A stretch of DNA of 64,000 nt from positions 2,718,151 to 2,782,150 of the forward strand of contig CM121341.1 in assembly GCA_051530055.1 (NCBI GenBank), read 5' to 3'. This DNA comes from Neoechinorhynchus agilis (taxonomy: Eukaryota; Animalia; Acanthocephala). Below are positions 37,031-48,941 of the stretch, piece after piece (position 1 is the stretch's first letter; each line of letters opens with the position of its first letter). The notes below the pieces were generated by a model, which was not told the origin of the DNA, ran no database searches, and saw nothing but the letters and a program-made list of their open reading frames with translations. Both the position numbers and the translations under genes were made by a program.

Positions 37031-38040
37031 TGCATTTCTGTCTACTAAGCATACATCCATTCCCGATTTTTGCAGCCATCGTTTAACATCGCTCATCCAA
37101 CACTTCCTTGTGACGCTGCACCTTGGCACCACTTGCCCGTGGTTCATAACCTGGAGGTTGGTATCCAGCAGCCTCACACTCTCTCTGAACGACCCAATGG
37201 AAGCGAATTCCATATGATAACAGACGCATCATCCACTGTCTCTTGTAAGCAGCTTGGCGCATCAACAACTTCCAAAAATCTCTCTTGCCTGAGGTGGTGC
37301 TTCAGTCAAAGAAGTAAAGGAAATTTCCATTTTATCGTCATCTACTAGCCACGCGAACCCTGGCCCGTCTTTGATATGATGGCGCCATAAGCCTCGCTGA
37401 TATATGACCGACGTCCAAGACAAGTTCACCACTTCATCCAATTTCTTGAAAATTTCCAGCCTAGGAATCTGAAACGCCACTGTCTGTAAGATATGCAGCA
37501 TTAAAACATATTCCTGCTGACGATCGGACTGGTTAGAAAACACCTCATCAAAGTTGTTCCAAAGAATCTTGTATTTTGATTTTTTTGTCACACTCCCAGG
37601 CGGACAAAGTACATGATAAATGTCATCAAACGTGAAATTCCAGCACGGCTGGAGCTCTGAAACCTCTTCTTTCTTGGAGTCGTCCCATGTCATCCCGTGC
37701 TTGTCGGCCAATCTACGGAGATACTTCTCATGCTTCTGGAGTTTCCACTTTGCGCACTCTCCGCAATCCTTAACTCCACAAGTGACATATAGGTCCTGGT
37801 AGTATTTCTGATACGTCCTCGGATCGACTATCTCCTAACCAATTCGCCAACCGGCAGCACCCTTGTGCTCTTCACTATAATCTGAACACCCTTCACAAGG
37901 CAATCTTTTTGTCTCACATAGAGCATACCGAACTTGAGCGTCCCTTAAATTTTGGCTCTTCGTACGAAAACTCCTCGTCATCTATTAAGTATTCCTCATC
38001 AAAGTATAATTTTATGAGTACTTTTCCAGCCTAGGATTTA
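37030..38040 (-). pseudogene. Unidentified intronless Cys/Trp-rich coding remnant fused downstream of a LINE X ORF2
   Basis: A mostly open frame of about 300 codons with a few stops (LPCEGC..., VTCGVKDCGECAKW..., ORF 37262-37711, ORF 36995-37213). No recognised domain. Confidence 0.4.
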
Positions 38041-39800
38041 TCGTCACATTTCTCCACATGCGAAAAGAGCGACTTTCATACGGACGAGAGAAAATCCTCA
38101 CCCGAATTAAGGGTATTGTTAATATACGGTAAGATGTATGGCGGATTATTACGGGAAGAGGCCAACGATAACAGATTTTTGCTGAATAAACGGAAATAGG
38201 CAACGTTGAGTGAGAGATGTGATAAGTTTTTCGGATTGCAAAGTTGTGACTGATTGACCATATAAAGATATCATGACCTAAAGTGTCAAAAAAGGCACCT
38301 GACAGTCGAATTGAATCAAAAAGTTCAGATATTTCTTATATATGATCAGATCCAGGAACGAATGTGTATTGGAAACGAGATTATGGAATGCAGGGAAAGT
38401 TAAGGAGTAATAAGGTTTAACTGCATTAACGATGGCTCTGGATCATTTCAAAGACGGATCGTTATAATCTCCCACAATAAAATCAATATTAGCCATGAGA
38501 AGCCATTTGAATCTGTTTTTAACGAACGTCCGATGGATGAAACCCGGTCTAATGTACAAAATAATGAGGGTAAGAAATTTCCGATTCACTAAGAGTTTGA
38601 AAAGGGCGTAGGAAATTTCCGCCCTTTGCGAGAAGTGAAAAATTGATATAAGACCTTGTGAGGCAGGACTGAATGGAGCAGTAATGAAAGAGTTAAACTC
38701 TGAACAGTTCAACTGAGGTAGAAAGTTATATAGTTGGTCCAGGGTATAAATTCTTTTCGTTTCCGGCAGAAAGATGATAGAAACACCAGGTACGAAACGA
38801 GCTGGCTTAGCAAGATTAGTCTCCCCCCCCACAGTTCCACTGTAACACCCGGAAGTCCCCGACCATAACCTGAGCCTTCGAATAATCAGATTTTTCTAGC
38901 GGTTGCATCTGATAAGAAAGCCGCTGTTTCATTGTTGATAAGCGAGCCTCTCGCATAGATCATCTCTTACTTGCCTGGAACTTTCCACCATGGCTATTGA
39001 AATCGGGCTGCCTGTGTTGCGTGAATTTAGAAAAAACTTAATTTTCACACTGAAGGGTTTCTCAAACTCTTTTTTATCTTCACGAGCTAAATCCGGTTGA
39101 AGTCCGTTTGCCAAGAATTGCACCTTTTGAGTGGCAGATTCGACCGAATATACTTCATGCTGAAGATTGAAGCTAGAGAATTCCTTTAGACTGGATAGCC
39201 AATCGTGGTTCATCGAGCAGACTCTTAAGATTCCTCCATAGTAGGTAACATGATCGATTCTTTTGACATCGTAGTTTTTGAATGAACGCGCCCATGGAAC
39301 AACGCTATGCTTGTAAATCACGTCTTTAGGCATTATCGGGCTCGATTTAATAGTGAGGATGTGAGGCCATCTTTTGATTGGATAAACTAAGTGTCCATGG
39401 TGAGATCCGATTGAAGTTGTCGACTGTTGAGGAATTCTTTGTTTTTGAGAATCCTCCAACAGGAGCTGAGAGCTAGGGGTTGTCCCTGAGTCAAAGAGCA
39501 GTTGCTCTCGGGGCTCTGAGGATAAAGAAACCCTCAGAGAATTGGATAGCCATTTGCCACCCTCCATCGCAACAGCTTATTGCACAAACATGAGCCAACG
39601 ATATACCGACGACCTAGCGAACCTCAACCGCAACTCCGTGATATTTCCCATCGGAATGGGATTGCTCGATTCAATTCTTGACGCTTATGGTGGCCGTGTT
39701 AAGGTGGCGTCTCACTGCCGCAGCTAAGAAGAATGTTGGAGGTGCTACATATCTTAGGGGCTAACACGAGCTCCGATCTGGTTACCCTGGACCCTAATGT
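38040..39800 (-). mobile_element. APE-RT LINE family X, 5' half (ORF1 + APE)
   Basis: KRWPHILTIKSSP, VTYYGGILRV, FLANGLQPD...FEKPFSVKIKFFLNS; APE motifs FLPETK, ILYIRP, VGDYND, LDL...GHD. Confidence 0.8.
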
Positions 39801-40783
39801 CTGCTTTGGGCGTATAGACATTTAACGAGAGCAAACTATTAAAGTGATAGCAAACTGTTTAAACCAACAGGAGATTCTATTGTACAGTAAAGGTTGGAGT
39901 GTCTGCGCTGATTATAGTCGCTTCACAACTGAAGAAGATACGGCATATGAAATAAGGAGTGCTAAATTCGTTGGGATCGCTGAGACGAACAAGGCTATAA
40001 TCTAAAGCAAACCAGAGGTCCAAGTATTAATATCAGTTGAAAATGAAGATTGTGGCGATGGCGAATAGCCCATATTCCTCTACCGTTGAAATAGGCTTCT
40101 TAACCGAATTTAACACGATATAAGCCTTTGAGATCTTGGCTTTACCATTTACGTGGCTTTGGCGTCGATGGTTATAATGCTGTATTCTAAGATGCCATCC
40201 AAGATGGCGACAGTGCCTGTAGATTTGGCCTACTTCGTGTATTCAGAGATAGCAATCTATTAGAATACATTATCGCATTTCCAAAATACGAGCTTGACCG
40301 ATGTCAGATATGCTGTTTAGATTGCCTCTGTCTGTACCATGAATTATGGTGTCCGAAATTAGAGAATTTCTCCAAGAAGAATTGCAACTTCTATGCAAAA
40401 CTGTTACTCATGTATTTTTAATCCTAAACAACTCTGGAGTCCCATGGACAAGAAATCAACCGCTAAAATTGATAATTGCAATGAAGGTGAATATCATCGT
40501 CATGTCCCTGAAGGAAATTCTTCGTAAAATTGCTTTCTAATTTTATTTAAAGCAATTAATTTTGGTTCGAAACAATAGATTCTGTTTTTGCTAATAATTT
40601 TCCGATTTACAAAGAAATTTTAGTTGAAAAGGCGAGTTTGTTCTTCAATGAAATTTTATTAGAAATCATAGATACGTTCTTTATTATCAAAAGACGTCTT
40701 AATCCTTAACTTGAACTCCCTGGTGGCTTCCATTTATCCATCTGATTTAGGTTTCTAGATCACCATTTCCGATCAACGGAAAC

Positions 40784-41239
40784 TCATACTGATTCTCGGT
40801 GGCCGTTTGCCATCACTTGATTCTCCTGTTCGTAGATTCTTGAATTGTTCCGTTGAACTACTTCAGATACATTTCCATTTAGATGAGGACGCTGAATCCT
40901 TAATTCCTCGACAATTTGTTGTCGTCCTTTTGGTCGCCACAGTGGACCACTCGTAATGCTATCACTGATCGCCCAAAACGATTTCCTCGGTCTTCCTCGA
41001 ACAGGAATTTTCCTGAATCTTCGACAAAAAGACAGTGTATTCCTGATTGCTCCTTTCCATGACTTGCTATCTGTCCCTTGTTTGAAATATGGGAAATTCT
41101 CCTGAATCCATACGTAGATTTCATTGACCCGCAATCTTCCGGTCAAACTGTTCTCGATCGCTGCTTCTATTAAATCCGCATAACTTGCGTGGTCCCATTC
41201 GCTGATTGCGCCGTTAACTATTTCTGCAGGGGAATGCAT
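40784..41239 (-). CDS. 151-aa forkhead-domain protein, FoxO-like, copy 3 (in duplicated block 40406-41676)
   Basis: CDS appears identical to copy 1. Confidence 0.85.
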   Translation of the reverse strand: MHSPAEIVNGAISEWDHASYADLIEAAIENSLTGRLRVNEIYVWIQENFPYFKQGTDSKSWKGAIRNTLSFCRRFRKIPVRGRPRKSFWAISDSITSGPLWRPKGRQQIVEELRIQRPHLNGNVSEVVQRNNSRIYEQENQVMANGHRESV

Positions 41240-41670
41240 TTGATCGGGGTCAGAACAACACCAAGAGAGAGTTCACATTGAACAGGTCCGAATCGTTTGG
41301 CTTTATCCGTAAATCGCTGTGAACAAACAATGGTAAATAAATGGACAAATATTTATCAGCATCGAGGTTGGTGTTTTAGATACCATTTTGTTAGAGTTCT
41401 TTGCTTTGTTGACTTAAAATGTGCTTATTAAACTTCGTTTCTTGGCAGATCGCCGAAGATCAACTGATTAATCAGCGTTCTAACTTTTTTGGCATTGAAA
41501 TAATGATTCTTATTAATCGATTATTTAATCAAATCAATATTTAATTTTGTGTTTATTATCGGTCTCGGTCAATGGATGCGCCGGCGCTTCGTTAAGATTA
41601 TAAAAATTGACGAAGGAAAGGACAACAAGTAAATAAAACTTTTCGAAGTGTTCTTTTCTTAATCGCTCTT

Positions 41671-44600
41671 TCAGTCTCCGACAATCACACCAATCGATTT
41701 GAGCTGCCATTTTCAATGATAAAGTTCCACACTATATCATGTTCCGTTTCAATGTTTTCGCAACCGAACGTTGCGGCAGAGGGTGGCATACGACCACCCA
41801 ACTTTCTGAAGACCCCTTTGTCTTCGGAACAAAAAAATCAAATTCTTCCCATCGATAAAGCAGACAGCATACAATCCGTCACTCCAGATTTTCTGTAGAG
41901 TCCGATAAAGAGATGGCCATATTCCATCTCTATATCATCCAATCCAATTCAACCAAGGGAAACCTTGTATAAAAAATTTCTCATTCCATGGCTCCGATCG
42001 TTCAATGACGACATCCAACGTATTCTATAGGTCACATACTTCAGTGGCAATCTCAAGGTTTACCTTACAAATGAATCGAACAGACGTCTCTATCAAACTT
42101 TCTTGGATTCGTTCAACGAGCAGGGTGTTGTCTTCGAGAAATCTTTATACATGTCGACTTTTATTGTGTCGGGTCTTTCTCCGGGCATCGAATCGGATGA
42201 CAAAAGGTTATTTGAATCCAAATTCGGATGCAAAATTCTATCTTTTTTGAAGTCCCGAAACAACGGTAAACCAATTCCTAGGGCAACCCTGAAAGCCGAT
42301 ATAGAGACGAAAAATTCCCTGATTTCCAAGAGGTGTTTTTCAGTCAATGGAAATCTCTTTTGTTGCCAACGAAATCTCTAGAATGGACGATTTCACTTTT
42401 CCTCGATGCGCAGGTTGTCAGCAGTGGGGTCATTGGATTCAACGTTGCCATCTAAGATAACCAAATTCGCGTATTGTGGCGAACAACACTGTAGCTCAAA
42501 TTGTTCAAAATGAATTAAAAACTGTGCAAACTGTGGACTAATTGGTCATTGCGCTTTCGCGAAAAATTGCTGTCTTCAAACAATATGTTGCTTGGGCTCA
42601 AAATAAAGCCCCACCGATCCAACAAAGAAGAACTTGGAGTCTCGGTTATCTTTCTTGAGAAATAATTCGAATACAGACCAACTCCATTCTCGCATTCACT
42701 TGGAGGCCGTCTCAAGCTGTAACGAGGGGAAAAATATAGACAAGATCCCGAGCGACTCTCCAACAAACATTTTGAGAATGGTGGACTTTAGAATCGCTTC
42801 CGCGATACAGCATATGGAAAAACGATTGGAGAGGCTTCTTGAGGCTTTTACTACCTCTATTTCTAATAGCCTCAGTCGAGTGATTCCGTCAGCAGTTGCT
42901 CAGGCTCCCGTTAAAAGGTCGTTTCTCCATAGCAAGGACGAACCAATAGAAATTGATGCTTCGGACACAGAAATGATGGATGAAGAAGTCTTCGTTCGGC
43001 AGATAATCGAAGAACAGAAACAAATGTGCTCCGAGGGTGTAGTGGATCTTATTAAAAGGAGAAAGGCCGGCTCATGAACGAGTTAAGGTTAGTCCAGTGG
43101 AACTCGGGTGGTCGCTTAGGAATTCCAGATATTTTAACCGAAGTAGAGAATTGCGAGGTGGTTTTTATCCAAGAAACGAAAAGCATTCACACGTTTTATG
43201 ACTTACCCGAAGGTATCAAAAAACTTAACCAATTCTCATCTATATTTATTACTCCTCTAGTTAGCTCAAATTCTCAGGGTCTACTATCCATCTTTAATTC
43301 TAACCTCTTACCTTGTCTTATCTCCAATTTTATTTCATCAGACCTCTAATACGCCATATTCTCCATCGGTTATGATGATAAGAAATTCTTATTAGGTAAT
43401 ATATAAGTTCGCCCTAAGAAGGTTCATCTGAAGAATAACAAAACAATCATCAAGAGTTTACTATTTGCTGGAATTGATTTTCTATTCGGGGACTTCAATG
43501 ACCCCTCGGGAAAATGGATTCGCGCGATATCTCGTGCATCGAACTCACACGAAATTATCTACCCTCCCTTCCCGACGTTCACTGCTCCAAACTACAATTC
43601 AGCATTAGACCTGTGTCTAACAAGGAAATTGTCTTCTATCAAACCAAGAGTTAGCTCCCAATCGGCGTTTTTTCGAACGTCTGGTCACGACACTCTTATT
43701 TGGCATCTCTCAAGAAACATCCTTTTAAATCGAAAATTCATCTTATCCTCCTTCAATATCCAACTTTTTAATAACTCCACGTCACTCTTCTTCGAGTGCA
43801 GCAGTAAGCCGTCTCTTAAGGAAATCAACGAATTTCTGGCAAATTCAAGCGATTCCTTTCTATCGACGGTCACTAAGTAAACATGGGGCAGGTGCAAATC
43901 CAATCTTATTTCCCTTTACGGTAGAGAACTCTTTAGAGCCAATAATGAAGGAAACTCTGAACTTGCCAAGTTATGGTCAGCATTGTACTGGCCATGCCGA
44001 GCTCGCCTTCAAATGAATTGTGATAAAAAGCATATCAGCTCGCTTCTCCCCAACTCGTCGTCTTAGTGGAATATCGTTACCAAAAAGAAGTTTATTCCCT
44101 GGCGCAGTGCCGCTGCTGCATGGATTAAAGAAGATGGGCTAAATGCAGTGGTCACTTCCCTATGTCTTGACCACTCCTCAGGATGCTCTTTGTCCTCTAC
44201 TAACCTCACCTTTTTACCCATTAAGCGACACAGATTTGATTTATTGGTCAGTGATGTTATTACGCACTGGGGTTCCAAGAATAAGGTCTCATCTAACGAC
44301 TCCTCTGCTTCCTTCAAGGCCACCAATGTTTTATCCAGTATCAACATTGGTCTTCTGGCAAAAGCTATAATTCGTGAACCTCCACATGAACGAGTATCTA
44401 TTAACACAGCCAAGCGGATTTTTCTGGTCAAAAACAAGCGCCGTAAGATTAGACCATCGAACGACGTTAGACCAATTGCAATCCAAAACTCTCGGGTCTC
44501 CATCTACGAGAGGGCATTAGCTCGTTCTATTTTGCAATTTGCATTGAAACACAATTGCATTGATACGCGCTGCCATGGTTTCTTACCCAACTGCAATCCG

Positions 44601-45530
44601 AGAAATAATGGATAATTTCTACAGGCACCCCAACAAATGTCCTACCTTCTTTGGACATTTCAAAGGCATTCGATAACATCGATATCGATTTTATAATTAA
44701 GATAATGAAATTTTTTAACTATCCGCACAACATAATCGCCCGGGTCAATAACACACTCGTTTCAAAGTCCTTCTTTTTCCAAAACGACCCTCTTCGAAGA
44801 ACATTTTATCAGACCAAGGGCCTGCCTCAAGGCTCACCACTGTCTCCAATTCTTTTTTGCTTGGCAACACAATATATTGTTCAAAATTGTAATGTTTGCA
44901 AAGCTATTACCCTCTACGCTGATAATAAAAGAATGCAACAATTTGAGGGCGAGAAAGAAAATGGTTTCTCTCCTATCCTTTCTATCAAACGTTTTACCTC
45001 ACGTGGACCTAGAGCTGAATCCACTCAGAGCCCAGTTATCAATAAAATCTAGATCTAGAATCGGTAAAATTGCGCTGAGGAATGCATTTTATGAAATTTT
45101 CAATCAGGAGGCGAGCCCCGCCCGATTATCAATCAACATTTTAGGATATACCTTCACCTAATATTGCTCACCCACCCGCAACCTCTTAAAGCTTAAACGC
45201 CTGCTAAAGATCGCTGGCGTGAAGGCAAAACGAGCCAATCGTCTCGGTCTGAACGATAAGTCCACTCGGGTTGTTTGGAATTTCTGGGCAATCGCTGGCC
45301 TAGTTTTTTTCTCACGTGGTCGACCATCCGAATAGCGACTAACCTTTCAACGCCTTTTCTTATCGAACCTTGATAACCTTCCTTACCCTTGGGCACACTC
45401 CTCTAACTGGGCAAAAAGGAGCTTTAAATGGATCGACTTGACTCACTGATCTAAGTAATCTCATGCTCACAGGATTTAGGTTGATAAGTTGCTCAATTAT
45501 CTAAAAATGGACTCTTGACGAATAAATCTT
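41671..45530 (+). mobile_element. APE-RT LINE family X, near full length, degenerate
   Basis: ORF1 (FIVSGLSPG...FESKFGCKILSFLKS). APE: LVQWNSGGRLGIP, FIQETK, GDFNDP, LDLCL, SGHD. RT: RPIAIQNS, CHGFLP, DISKAFD, GLPQGSPLSPILF, LYADN. AATAAA near 45521. Confidence 0.8.
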
Positions 45531-45579
45531 GTTGTTGTTATATCAAGTTCAATGGCAACAATGTTTTCGCAACCTAACA

Positions 45580-47800
45580 ACCGTCAGCTGTCTTTACGGC
45601 GGACCTTGTGTTTTTATATAATGCCATAACGGATGTGACAATGATCGACGGCACTCGACACTCCTTTAAGATACCGCCAATCACCGTTCAATTTACCGGA
45701 TCGAAAGCTCGACGGAAATCAACAAATACCAGCGTCACATCCGCTTGATGAATTCGTGCCTCCTCGAGGATTCTCCTCAAAGCCAATATGTGCTCTGTGG
45801 TGCCTCGACCTTTCCTGAAGCCGTTCTGTTCAATTCTTAGAAACGGTTCGAGGATTGGCTGAATTCGGCGTCTCAAAATGCTGCTGAAAAGTTTTGCCGT
45901 GTTGGACACCACCTTTGTCGAGCAGCATTTCTTGGGGATCATTGTCAAATGCGCCGTTTGCCAGATTTGAGGTGCTGAGCCACCATTCATTATGCCATTC
46001 ATTATCGGTATGGTTTTTCTGGCAATAGATTCAAACCTCAGAACCTCTGCCATTATCCCATCTGGGCATGATGCACGTCCCGCACGCATCATTTTCGCCG
46101 CAGCGATCGCTTCCTTCACGGCAATCGGTCCAGTGAAGAATGCCTATGTGCTTGAGACGATTGTGCCTTTTGGAAGTGCAGGATTCACTTCCAAAGACGA
46201 TAATGGCGAATTGAGAATTTCCGCAAAATAATTTGCGATTCTCTTTTTTCTGATTTCCAAGGAGGAACCTTCAATCAAAGTTGGCTGTCTTTGGGATCGT
46301 CCTGTGAGAGTGTTTATCGCTCTCCATGCTAAGGAGCTACGGACAAAGCCTTCCTTATATGCGATCCCGCGAACTGTATCCTCTATCGAAGCCTTTTGCT
46401 TTTCATTATAGAGGTTGGCAAGTTCAAGACTTGCAATGCGAGCCTCAGATCGTTTTTCTCTTTTTCTTAGAGTTTTTATCTGTTCAGCCATTGGCATAAA
46501 TTCACAGTCCTCCTGCCATATAACCTTTGCAGCTTTTATACGCCTCATTTTTGCAGGGTTTTCTCGGCCGCTTCGGTCACTGCGTCGCAGATTGACTTGT
46601 AATAAAAATCAATATTTGTTTCAGCAGCTGGCATCGAGCTCAGTTGATTCTCTAGTTCGATATCGAACTCTTTCCTCTTCTCCTCGTTAGCGAGGGCGCC
46701 ATAGAACAGACGTGGAGGATGCTGAGGCGTACGTAACAACGAGTCACTCATGCTCAACTGACACATCACCAACTTGTGGTCGGTTGGCAGCCCATCAACT
46801 GTGAATGTGTCAGCGTTTTTACCCGACATTTTTCCCTACGTCTCAACAATATATGGTCAAGCTAAGCGTCTCTTGGGATTTTTCCCATGACATGTTTGGA
46901 CGGATTCTTTTGACCCATAAACGTCGTCAAACGCCACCGGAATAAAGTGTTAGCAGACACGAGAGCATGATGTTCCAGCGCCTCAACCAAGTACCGGCTG
47001 TTCCGATTCTCGCCTTTCAACACACATAGCGATCTTTCGGAATGCGGTAAAATCGCGTTGAAGTCACAGGCTATTAGGAGGGTGTCTCTGTTCGGTACAT
47101 CATCTAATGCTCCGGCTAGATTTCCATAAAATCCTTCAACCGCTTCTTCATCCGACGAGGAGGTCGGTGAATATACACCAAAAGCATAGAGATTTCTCAA
47201 CCGAAGTTTATTGCTGACACGAAGGATTCGGTCAGTTATAGCACTGCATAGTGCTGAGTTTCGGAGGCGGGGTGATGAACAAACGCCTGCACATCCATTT
47301 CCTCGACTGTCCGCAGATAGGTAAGATAGTCTGTGTCTGACTGGCCTTTTATGCGCAATTCTTGTAAAAACACAAGATCCATTCTGGCACCCCTTGCCAA
47401 TTTGGTCAGGGTTCCCCTACGCCATTGCGCTCGCAGACTCCTACAATTCAAGGATCCGATTCGTAGTCCTCTTCTATTTGAAATAGCTGGGACAAAGGGC
47501 TCACGGCTGTCAGCGCCACCTGAAAAGTCCGTACCCACCACGGTGATGAGCTTCCGCTCATTTCGACGCTCAAGTCGTCGGCGAGAGCTACGACGCCCTC
47601 GCGTTTTCCCGTTGCGCTGGTAGATTTTGTTGTTCCTGTTCGCTACCGCATCACCAAGTGGAGCGGCACACCGGCCCCGCGTTGACAGGCTACTATCAGT
47701 AGCTGTCTGGCCGCCGGAGCTGCTTGTTTTACGTGACCGACAAGAATCAGTAACATCGAGTCCGATCATCGTAAAAGAAAGTTAGGGACTGAAAGAAGGT
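45580..47800 (-). mobile_element. RTE-clade LINE, 5' two-thirds (APE + RT domains 0-3)
   Basis: RIGSLNCRSL...FLQE, VYSPT, ACDFNA, TDHKLV; PDGIMAE, EQNGFRKGRGTTEHILALRRILE, FVDFRRAFD. Confidence 0.85.
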
Positions 47801-48253
47801 TAGGGACATAAAGAAAGTTCCTCATAAACAATAAGAAGAAAAATTTCGTTTAAAAGATACACTTGAAGTGCTGATCGTCTTATAAAAAAAACCGTTGTTG
47901 CTCAAATTTATTTTGCAGATTCATCTTAAGTTTTTAAAATTTATTGTCCGTATATAACTTCTGACCTTTAAGTTACTAAAGAACAGAGTCTTAACCCCAT
48001 AAAATCCTTAGGAAAAATACAACTCTTTTCAATCATTTTGAGCGAGTATAATTTTACCTCGTTTCTGCTCGGATCGATATCGCAAATTCACTTTATTTGT
48101 ACACTTTCACGTTTTCATCTACAAATGAAGCACCGAAAAGAGTATTAATAAAAAAATACATCCCCTTCGAATAATTTTTAAGAAACCTATGATCTTTAAA
48201 TTTCTAAATTAAAACAATTTTCCTCGATTTTACGCATACTTTCCTTCTAACAG

Positions 48254-48941
48254 CGTTAATTACCTAATATCTCTAGCAATGTCCAATCTCACCTGCATGG
48301 ACAGATTCACGGGTTCAACCGATCTAAACCTTACAAGCCTATGTGAAGCCATGTCTTCACATTCTCCTTTAAACTTTCTAATACCGACTTTTAGTCCATT
48401 AAGTGGCTGTGTTCCAAACCTCGACACCAATCATTACCACTACAGTCCACCCGAAAGTGTAACTTTGGAACTATTTAACAGACGAGCAATGATGACTTAT
48501 GTAGATAACTTCTTGTATCCAAGTGATTCTTTAGCAAGTGCTTTCATTTTAAGAGGCAATATTTCCACCAACGAGTTTTTGCGATCCATTAATCGAATGG
48601 ATTCCAATATTGCGCAATGCATTGATAGTAGTGCGATCGTTAGGTGTAATGTACCACCTTCTGGATTCGCCCAATCCGCTCTTTTGTTATCAAATGAAAC
48701 AGGAATCGTTGATGTTTTTATGCGCTTTATGTTCGCTATGAGGACTTTGTTGAGAAACCGAGCGCATTTGTGGTCTTTTGTGAATGAAGGAATGCATGAG
48801 GATTTCTTTCAAGAGGTCATAGATTCTTGTGAGGATCTGGTCAGTCAGTATCGAGCAGCAGCCGATATTGACGATGATAATATTTATGGTGATCCAGATA
48901 GAACAATTGTGCCCGAACCAGGAATGAATTCTTCTCAATGA
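48254..48941 (+). CDS. Terminal exon of a highly divergent beta-like tubulin (C-terminal half only)
   Basis: After the acceptor ttctaacag: VNYLISLAMSNLTCMDRFTGSTDLNL..LNFLIPTFSPL...FNRRAMM...CNVPPSG..SALLLSNETGI...RAHLWSFVNEGMHEDFF...DLVSQY plus an acidic tail. Collinear with beta-tubulin LNHLVSATMSGVT..RFPG..LHFFMPGFAPL...CDIPPRG...KAFLHWYTGEGMDE...DLVSEY. Confidence 0.8.

Noticed and set aside
47783-47806. Two TTAGGG hexamers as telomeric repeat
   Set aside because: Only two non-adjacent copies inside a short duplication at an RTE 5' end; no array.
48105-48170. TFTFSSTNEAP as an upstream tubulin exon
   Set aside because: The match to DETFCIDNEAL is weak and there is no convincing splice donor in phase.
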